DNA from: Clostridia bacterium
Lineage (GTDB): Bacteria > Bacillota > Clostridia > Christensenellales > Aristaeellaceae
Assembly: GCA_017476605.1 (NCBI GenBank)
Contig: JAFUZM010000088.1
Location: forward strand, 112-64,111
Direction: 5' to 3'
DNA: 64,000 nt
Part shown: piece by piece, positions 8,916 to 16,131 of the stretch
How positions within the stretch are numbered: position 1 is the stretch's first letter
Layout: the number at the start of each line of letters is the position of its first letter
Position numbers and translations under genes: made by a program
Notes under the pieces: model-generated
What the model saw: only the letters and a program-made list of their open reading frames with translations
Databases searched by the model: none
Told to the model about the DNA's origin: nothing

Positions 8916-10352
8916 ATGAGTTATGAGCGTCGGAACATTTTTGAAAATGTTCCTGTGTTACAGGCAATTATAAGACTTGCCATCCCCACCATGATTGGGC
9001 AAATCATTCTGGTTTTGTATAACATGGCAGATACCTTTTTCATTGGTATTACCGGCAGCGACGCCATGCTTGCCGCTGTGACTGTCTGTACACCTGCCTT
9101 CATGTTTCTCTCGGCGATTTCCAATTTGTTTGGAGTCGGAGGCGCAAGTGCAATTGCGAGGGCTCTTGGTCGAAAAGATACGGACTGCGCATATGACTGC
9201 TCCGCGTTCAGCTTTTATGGCTGCCTCATGGTAACGGCAATCTATTCTCTTGGTGTACTGTGCTTCCTCGACAATATGATCAATCTTCTTGGAGGATCAA
9301 ACCCGGAGGTTCATCAGTTTGCCAGAGTCTATATGACGATTACGGTCGTCATCGGCGGGCTTTCAACCTCAATGAATGCGCTGCTTGCCCATCTGATTCG
9401 TTCAGAGGGCCGAGCCATGCAGGCCTCTATTGGAATTGCGCTTGGCGGTATCTTTAATATTGCGCTGGATCCGCTGTTCATGTTTGTGATTCTTCCAAAG
9501 GGAAATGAACTCATGGGTGCGGCAATCGCGACTGCGCTATCAAATACGCTTGCCCTCCTCTATTTCGTATTCATTCTGGTTCATATTCGCAAACAAAGCG
9601 TTCTGCGTTTCAGATGGAAATCGCAGGTGCTGAGCGGTCCGATCCCGGGCGAGATTATTCGTGTAGGTCTTCCTGCCTGTATGATGACGCTTTGTGAGAA
9701 CATCTCCTTTTCTGTCATGGATGCGCTTGTCGCTGTTCATGGTCTTTCGTATCAGGCAGGCCTTGGTGTTGCCAAAAAAGTCAACATGCTGGCACACTGC
9801 ATTGTTCGCGGGATTTCTCAGGGCGTTTTGCCTCTGATTGCCTATAACTATGCCGCAGGTCAAAAGAAACGGATGCACGATGTCATTCGGAGCTCGCTTA
9901 TTATTGCTGTGGGTATGGCGAGCCTATGTACTGCGATCAGCCTGTTTGGCGCAAGAGAGCTGATTTCCATTTTCATTCATAATGCCTCTGATTCGCTTGA
10001 TCATGGGATTACCTACCTTCGCATCCTGTGCATCGGCTGTCCCTTCTCAGCTCTGGCGTACATCCTGATTTCCGTGTTTCAGGCCGTCAATTTCGGAGGC
10101 GAATCTCTGATTCTTGCCTTACTCAGAAAGGGAATTCTGGATATTCCTCTTCTCTTCGTACTGAACAGAGCGCTTCCCCCATACGGCTTGGCCTGGGCGA
10201 CGCCCGGTGCAGATTTCATCTGCGCCATATGTGCCATTACGCTATATGAATTGTTTAAAAAGCAGATCAACCGCGGAACAGCGGTTTCTCTGACGGATCG
10301 AATTCATGATATGGCGATTCTCAAAGCCTTCACCCGGGCGCAAGTCCGGTGA
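8916..10352 (+). CDS. MATE family efflux transporter (paralogue 1)
   Basis: ORF trimmed to ATG 8916 (GGGGAGG upstream). Twelve TM segments. It shares long identical blocks with paralogue 2 (LAIPTMIGQI, GVAKKVNMLAHCIVRGISQGVLPLIAYNYA, LRKGILDIPLLF). Confidence 0.85.
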   Translation: MSYERRNIFENVPVLQAIIRLAIPTMIGQIILVLYNMADTFFIGITGSDAMLAAVTVCTPAFMFLSAISNLFGVGGASAIARALGRKDTDCAYDCSAFSFYGCLMVTAIYSLGVLCFLDNMINLLGGSNPEVHQFARVYMTITVVIGGLSTSMNALLAHLIRSEGRAMQASIGIALGGIFNIALDPLFMFVILPKGNELMGAAIATALSNTLALLYFVFILVHIRKQSVLRFRWKSQVLSGPIPGEIIRVGLPACMMTLCENISFSVMDALVAVHGLSYQAGLGVAKKVNMLAHCIVRGISQGVLPLIAYNYAAGQKKRMHDVIRSSLIIAVGMASLCTAISLFGARELISIFIHNASDSLDHGITYLRILCIGCPFSALAYILISVFQAVNFGGESLILALLRKGILDIPLLFVLNRALPPYGLAWATPGADFICAICAITLYELFKKQINRGTAVSLTDRIHDMAILKAFTRAQVR

Positions 10353-10377
10353 TAGAGTAATCCTCCAATCCTATATT

Positions 10378-10409
10378 AGCCTTGTCGCAAGGACAAGGCT
10401 CTCTTTTAT
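10378..10409 (+). terminator. Rho-independent terminator after MATE-1
   Basis: AGCCTTGTC-GCAAG-GACAAGGCT followed by CTCTTTTAT. Confidence 0.55.
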
Positions 10410-10420
10410 GAAGTTTCATA

Positions 10421-10517
10421 GGGCAATGCCCAACGCAAAGCGGCAGTTCTCTCACTAAAGCAGGTACTTGACAGAATTGCCGGGAAAACCATCTAACAGA
10501 GTGTACCTGAAGAGGAG
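10421..10517 (+). repeat. Dispersed SD-terminal intergenic element, copy C
   Basis: GGGCAATGCCCAACGCAAAGCGGCAGTTCTCTCACTAAAGCAGGTACTTGACAGAATTGCCGGGAAAACCATCTAACAGAGTGTACCTGAAGAGGAG, followed by the start of MATE-2. Confidence 0.7.
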
Positions 10518-10524
10518 CATGTCT

Positions 10525-11916
10525 ATGATCAGTGGCAGAAAAAAAGATTTGTTTGAATCTTCATCGGTATTCAGTGCCATACTGCAGCTGGCAATTCCAA
10601 CCATGATTGGCCAGATTATTATGGTAATCTACAACATGGCCGATACCTTCTTTATCGGCCAGACCGGAAGCGATGCCATGATCGCTGCGGCTACGGTATG
10701 TATGCCGGCATTCATGTTTCTTTCTGCTATTTCGAACCTCTTCGGCGTGGGTGGCTCCAGTGCCATTGCAAGGGCGCTTGGCAGACACAAAAATGATCGT
10801 GCGCGTCTTTGCTCCTCTTTCAGTTTCTATGGGTGCCTGATCGTTACCCTGCTTTACGCGTTGGGCGTTTTCCTGTTTTTGGATAAGATGGTTTATCTCC
10901 TTGGCGGACATGACCCGGAGGTTCATGCCTATGCCAAACAGTATATGATCATTACCGTCATTCTCGGCAGTCTTCCCGCGTCCATGAATGCGCTGCTTGC
11001 CCATCTCATTCGATCCGAGGGACGGTCCCTGCATGCGGCAGTCGGCGTTGCACTTGGCGGTATACTGAATATTCTTCTGGATCCGCTTTTCATGTTTGTG
11101 CTGCTCCCCAAAGGACAGGAAATCCGAGGTGCTGCCATTGCAACCACACTTTCTAATGTGGCATCCCTTCTCTATTTTACACTGGTGATTTATGCGGGAC
11201 GGAAAAAGAGCGTCCTGTCTTTCAAAATCAGTCATGAGGTATTAAAAGACAGCATTCCAAGAGAGATTCTTCTGATTGGACTTCCTGCATGCTGCATGAC
11301 ACTTTGCGAGAATATTTCCTATGCGGTCATGGATGCACTGGTTGCCGGTCAGGGGCTTACCTATCAGGCAGGGCTTGGCGTTGCCAAGAAAGTCAATATG
11401 CTGGCTCACTGCATTGTCCGTGGCATATCCCAGGGCGTTTTACCCCTGATTGCCTACAATTATGCTTCCAAAAATTCAAAAAGGATGTATAATGCACTCA
11501 GACTTTCCGTTATGCTCTCTGTCATTATGGCAACACTTTGTACAATTGCCAGTCTCTTACTGAGCAGGGAACTGATTGGTGTCTTCATCCACCATGCCTC
11601 GGCGTCTCTTGATTACGGCTCTGTTTTCCTCCGGATTCTCTGCATTGGCGGTCCGTTCTCCGCGCTCGCCTACATGCTCATTTCCTTTTTTCAGGCGGTT
11701 GAGAGAGGACAGCAATCGCTTATTCTCGCTCTTCTTCGCAAGGGTATCCTGGACATTCCTCTTCTGTTCCTCCTGAATTTCCTGTTACCGCCTTTCGGCC
11801 TTGCTTGGGCAACACCGATTGCAGACATCTTCTGTTCTGTCGTTGCAATTTTACTCTTTCTTAAGTTTCTTCATCATCACACCAAAATCCAGCCGATTCT
11901 GGATCACAATGAATAA
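10525..11916 (+). CDS. MATE family efflux transporter (paralogue 2)
   Basis: ORF 10468..11916. The ATG at 10525 lies 7 nt after AGAGGAG, while the ATG at 10519 is too close to it. Collinear with paralogue 1 over its whole length. Confidence 0.85.
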   Translation: MISGRKKDLFESSSVFSAILQLAIPTMIGQIIMVIYNMADTFFIGQTGSDAMIAAATVCMPAFMFLSAISNLFGVGGSSAIARALGRHKNDRARLCSSFSFYGCLIVTLLYALGVFLFLDKMVYLLGGHDPEVHAYAKQYMIITVILGSLPASMNALLAHLIRSEGRSLHAAVGVALGGILNILLDPLFMFVLLPKGQEIRGAAIATTLSNVASLLYFTLVIYAGRKKSVLSFKISHEVLKDSIPREILLIGLPACCMTLCENISYAVMDALVAGQGLTYQAGLGVAKKVNMLAHCIVRGISQGVLPLIAYNYASKNSKRMYNALRLSVMLSVIMATLCTIASLLLSRELIGVFIHHASASLDYGSVFLRILCIGGPFSALAYMLISFFQAVERGQQSLILALLRKGILDIPLLFLLNFLLPPFGLAWATPIADIFCSVVAILLFLKFLHHHTKIQPILDHNE

Positions 11917-11930
11917 TCAGAAGGTAAACT

Positions 11931-12854
11931 ATGATTGATTTAAGACTTTACTCGTTGCTGAAAGTTTATGAAACCGGAAACTTTACCAGAGCGGCCAATG
12001 CCCTCTCTCTCAGCCAGCCGGCAGTGAGTCAGCATATCCATTCACTTGAAAGTGAATTGGGCGTCCGACTCTTTGAACGGATTAACAATGAATATCATGT
12101 GACAAATGAAGGAAATGTCGTTATAAAGTATGCACAGCGCATGCTCTCACTCTATAACAACATGAAGCGGGATCTGGCGAGCGAGAAACGGCAGATTACG
12201 AGTCTTACCGTAGGAATCACGCATACTGCAGAAAGCAACGCGATTGCAGAATCCCTTGCACGATATGTCACGACCCATGAGGGTGTCAATATCAAGCTGA
12301 GAACGGATACGATTGAAAATCTCTATCAGATGCTGAGAAACTTTGAAATTGATTTTGCAGTGGCAGAGGGCAAGCTGAATGAGCCATCGTTCCGGTATCT
12401 TCTTCTTGATACCGACAGCCTGATTCTGGCCGTATCTCCCTCACATCCGCTTGCCAGCCGCAGCATTGTGACCATCAGTGAATTAAAGAGGGAAAAGCTC
12501 ATTCTGCGGCTCCCGGATTCAAGCACAAGCCGTCTCTTTGTTTCCTCTCTTGTCAGCCGAAATCTTCGCATTGACGATTTTAATGTTGTCCTTGAGGTTG
12601 ATAATATTGCGACGATTAAAGATCTGATTCGCAGGAACTTTGGTGTCTCTGTCCTTCCCAAGAGCGCTTGTATGGATGAGCTAAGAAAGAAAAAAATAGT
12701 GGCACTTCCGATTGAAGATCTCAACATGGTCCGGGAAATCAACCTGATCTATTCCAGGGATTTTGACCATCTGGAGCTTCTTCGTGACATAATGAAAGAT
12801 TACAACGATACACAGGCAGGTTCCTATCATGGATCAAAAGCGACCTCAAAATAG
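11931..12854 (+). CDS. LysR family transcriptional regulator
   Basis: The N-terminal wHTH reads FTRAANALSLSQPAVSQHIHSLESELGVRLFER. Length is 307 aa, with a C-terminal substrate-binding-like domain. Confidence 0.85.
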   Translation: MIDLRLYSLLKVYETGNFTRAANALSLSQPAVSQHIHSLESELGVRLFERINNEYHVTNEGNVVIKYAQRMLSLYNNMKRDLASEKRQITSLTVGITHTAESNAIAESLARYVTTHEGVNIKLRTDTIENLYQMLRNFEIDFAVAEGKLNEPSFRYLLLDTDSLILAVSPSHPLASRSIVTISELKREKLILRLPDSSTSRLFVSSLVSRNLRIDDFNVVLEVDNIATIKDLIRRNFGVSVLPKSACMDELRKKKIVALPIEDLNMVREINLIYSRDFDHLELLRDIMKDYNDTQAGSYHGSKATSK

Positions 12855-12865
12855 GTCGCTTTTTC
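12840..12865 (+). terminator. Terminator overlapping the LysR stop codon
   Basis: GCGACC-TCAAAATA-GGTCGC followed by TTTTTC. Confidence 0.5.
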
Positions 12866-12870
12866 TATGA

Positions 12871-14532
12871 TCATGTTTCTTCTGCGCAGCTGCCGACGCA
12901 TTCATGGAACAGCTCCTGGCATTCCTTCGCTATTTTCAGCATTCTGGCCTTGTCGACCTTACACTGTTGCCGATCATACGTGTACAGCCCGTTGATCTCT
13001 CCCTCAACGTCCGTAAGCTGCGTATAGATGCATCCGTTCAGCCCGTTGCGGATGCTTGGCTTTACCATCGTCTCATATAAGTCTGTGATGCGAGCCATGA
13101 GCTCCTCTTTCGTGGCGTTTTTTCCATAGCCATAGGCTTTCTGCGCGGCAGACGCCCGACAGTCGCAGGGAAATCCCCCGCATTCTCCCAGCATCATCGG
13201 CGCCTGCGCCGGTTTCAGAACGCGCTTTCTGATATAGACATGCTCACTTTCAACATCTGTATCATAGCCATGATACCACCCGGAGGCACTGATATAGAAC
13301 CTCGACGGATCATGATCACGCAGCATGCAGACGATTCTGCTGGTGTCATATTGTCCCCATCCTTCATTGAAAACAGTATACCCGATGATGGAGGGATGGT
13401 GCGAAAGCACACGTTGTGTCTCCTGACAGTGTGACTCAAAGAAGGTTTCGCGCTCTCCCCTTTGCCTCTTTTTGTCTTTATGCAGTTTAATCCCGAGGTT
13501 TGGAAGAATGGTTTCCTGAAAATAATGATATGGTCCGCTGTTTACCATATCCTGGATCACAAGCATGCCATGAAGATCACAATATGCATAAAAAGCATCC
13601 AGCTCGATCTTGATATGCTTTCTGAGACAGTTAAAGCCCAGCTCCCTGGCCCGTAAAATATCCTTTTCAAGTGCTGCAGGATCGCCGGGCTGCAGAATGC
13701 CGGACTCAAAGTATCCCTGATCCAGAAGGCCGTGAAGATAACATGGCTGCTGGTTGAGACAGATGTGCTTTTTTCCATCGTCACAGGTCAGAATCTCGAC
13801 ATCCCTGATCGCAAAGTAGCTTTTAACGCAGTCCTGATGATACCTGATCTCAACCGGATATAAAAACGGATCCTCCGGTGACCAGAAGTGAGGATGGTCA
13901 ATCTCAATCGGTGACCACTCGTTTACGTTGACCTTGACAACCTTTGAGTCACAGCGGATTTCTGCGGTTCCGTCTCCGTCCGTTTCCACGTAGACGCGTA
14001 CATGCCCTCTGTTTGTCTCAAAGGTGACATCCTTTATGTACGATTCCGGCACGGATTCCATCCACACACTTTTCCAAATCCCGCTTACACTGGTATACCA
14101 CATGCCATGCGGATTTTTTGTCTGTTTTCCATAGGGATAGTCAATGGAAAGTGTATCGACGGCGGTAACCTCAAGAAGGTTTCCCTTTTCTTTCAGCATT
14201 CCCGATACTTCAAAGAAAAACGGCAAATATCCTCCGGTATGCTCCCCTAAAATCTGTCCGTTTATGGTGATCTTTGCAATCTGGTCGACAGCGCCAAAGT
14301 GAAGGAACACTCTGCGACTTAAAAACTCAGGAGGAACATCAAAGCGGGTTTCATAGAAAAGCGTATCGCTCTTTTCTCCTGACCAGTGTGAGGCCGGTGC
14401 TTCCGGCGGAAACGGGACGATGATTTCATGACTGTTCATTGTCCATTTGCCGTTCAAAAAGAACGGCATGTCTCTAAAAAAACGACTGCGCGGTAATCCC
14501 AATTGAAGCCATGACAGAGAATCATCTCGCAT
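12871..14532 (-). CDS. Glycoside hydrolase family 2-like (beta-galactosidase/glucuronidase-type sugar-binding, Ig-like and TIM domains)
   Basis: 553 aa. LNGKW near the N-terminus and INGQILGEHTGGYLPFFFEV (GH2 sugar-binding domain). TIM-barrel part with RKHIKIE...YTVFNEGWGQYD (NE acid/base region). GGAAGAGGAG lies upstream of the ATG. Confidence 0.7.
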   Translation of the reverse strand: MRDDSLSWLQLGLPRSRFFRDMPFFLNGKWTMNSHEIIVPFPPEAPASHWSGEKSDTLFYETRFDVPPEFLSRRVFLHFGAVDQIAKITINGQILGEHTGGYLPFFFEVSGMLKEKGNLLEVTAVDTLSIDYPYGKQTKNPHGMWYTSVSGIWKSVWMESVPESYIKDVTFETNRGHVRVYVETDGDGTAEIRCDSKVVKVNVNEWSPIEIDHPHFWSPEDPFLYPVEIRYHQDCVKSYFAIRDVEILTCDDGKKHICLNQQPCYLHGLLDQGYFESGILQPGDPAALEKDILRARELGFNCLRKHIKIELDAFYAYCDLHGMLVIQDMVNSGPYHYFQETILPNLGIKLHKDKKRQRGERETFFESHCQETQRVLSHHPSIIGYTVFNEGWGQYDTSRIVCMLRDHDPSRFYISASGWYHGYDTDVESEHVYIRKRVLKPAQAPMMLGECGGFPCDCRASAAQKAYGYGKNATKEELMARITDLYETMVKPSIRNGLNGCIYTQLTDVEGEINGLYTYDRQQCKVDKARMLKIAKECQELFHECVGSCAEET

Positions 14533-14688
14533 GTTCTTACTCCTCTTCCGTTATTATTGGTGTTTGAGGTTTTGATATTCATTCCATTACGTATCCCGCG
14601 AGTATCATCTTGTATCTGGCTGGCTTCATCATAGATACAAGTGACACAATGCGTGCACATCCTGATGGACGATCCGATTTCGACAGTT

Positions 14689-15000
14689 TCATTCGCTTTC
14701 CGGCGCGTTTTCCTCGGCCTTCTGGATTTCGGATTCATCTGCATGCTCTATCGGTTCGCCCAGCATACAAAAGAAGTTTTCCTCCGGCCCAAAGCATAGC
14801 TTTCTGCACCATCCGTATCCGTCCTGAATTGCCATAACATGAAACGCAGCGCATTCCTTGCATCGAATGACCTGCTTTTTATCTGCTGCGTTAATATACT
14901 GTTCCACCTTCTCCTTAAGGTCTTCGGCAGAACCCTCTCCAAGGTCACGAAGAAAGAGCAAAAAGTCTTCTTTATTAATGTAGTCAAACGAACTGTTCAT
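14689..15000 (-). CDS. Hypothetical small acidic Cys-containing protein
   Basis: ORF 14689..15036. The ATG at 15000 follows GGAAAGGA. It contains CKECAAF...GWCRKLCF...FFC (5 Cys, possible metal or Zn-ribbon-like site) and an acidic tail. No family recognised. Confidence 0.4.
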   Translation of the reverse strand: MNSSFDYINKEDFLLFLRDLGEGSAEDLKEKVEQYINAADKKQVIRCKECAAFHVMAIQDGYGWCRKLCFGPEENFFCMLGEPIEHADESEIQKAEENAPESE

Positions 15001-15049
15001 TTTTCTCATCCTTTCCAGTTGTGTTTCAACAATCATGTTTTAGGCACGC

Positions 15050-15931
15050 TTAATCCGTGTGCTCTCCAACGGCCAATTCATTTATGAGTGCAGCACCCAG
15101 AATCAATATCGTTCCCAACACTCCGGATAAACCCAAAGGCTCCCTCAGAAGAAAGGCCGAAAGTAGTACTGCAGTCACTGGATCAATGTAACTGAAAAGC
15201 GCAACCGTCTGAGTAGGCAAAGCGGTGAGTGATCCAAAATAAAGCAGATACGCGATTCCGGTATGAACGATTCCTATAAAAATCATGAGCCCCCATGAGA
15301 TCGGGGTTCCCTGGATCACTATGCCATCTGTCACAAGCTGATACGGGATTAGTACGAATGCGGCGCTTAAAAGCTGCAGAATTGTCCGTTCATATACGCC
15401 CATTTTTTTAATCTTTTTGTTGAGCAAAATGACCGCTGCATACAGTGCTGCCGCCAGGAGTCCAAACAGGATGCCGCGTATATCCAAGGTATCGGATTCC
15501 GGATGCATGCCTGTTTTTGAAATCAATATCATGCCGATGACACTCAATAAAATGGAAATGATTTTCTTTACGGTCATCCGCTCACCGAGGACAAAGACGG
15601 CCGCAATAATGACAAAAACAGGTGCCATATAATAACAAAGCGTGGCAATGGCGACCGTCGTATAATTATACGCTTCAAACAGGAAAATCCAGTTTACTCC
15701 GATCAGTGCACCAATAAAAAGCACAAGAGGAACCTCATTGGCTGCATTTTTCAGCCGAATTGGTTTCTTCCTGATTTTCATATAGACAATTAGAAAACAG
15801 CTGCCAATAATGCCTCGCATGATCGCGATCATTGCAGAGGAAAACGGAAGCATCCTGCGAAAGAGACCGATTGTTCCGTAAATCAGCATGGAACAAATCA
15901 GCTTGATTTGTGCTTTTCGGTTGTCATTCAC
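15050..15931 (-). CDS. DMT superfamily (EamA-like) transporter
   Basis: 293 aa, 10 TM segments in two EamA-like halves, GTG start with GGGAGAG upstream. Confidence 0.8.
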   Translation of the reverse strand: MNDNRKAQIKLICSMLIYGTIGLFRRMLPFSSAMIAIMRGIIGSCFLIVYMKIRKKPIRLKNAANEVPLVLFIGALIGVNWIFLFEAYNYTTVAIATLCYYMAPVFVIIAAVFVLGERMTVKKIISILLSVIGMILISKTGMHPESDTLDIRGILFGLLAAALYAAVILLNKKIKKMGVYERTILQLLSAAFVLIPYQLVTDGIVIQGTPISWGLMIFIGIVHTGIAYLLYFGSLTALPTQTVALFSYIDPVTAVLLSAFLLREPLGLSGVLGTILILGAALINELAVGEHTD

Positions 15932-16071
15932 TCATGATCACTCTCCCTGATGGCAATCTGTCAAGACGGTATGTCTTTCCACATTGTATCATTTCGAAAA
16001 TATGTTGAAAAGCAGTAAACTTTTTATTCCGACAAAAACAGCGCTTTTTTCCTGCCGACATTGTTTTTTAA

Positions 16072-16100
16072 TTGACAAAAAGGCTGGATAGAATTAAACT
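16072..16100 (+). promoter_or_regulatory. Sigma-A promoter for the repeat protein
   Basis: TTGACA-17 nt-TAAACT. Confidence 0.45.
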
Positions 16101-16131
16101 ATCACCGATTATGATTCTATGGAGGCCTTTT

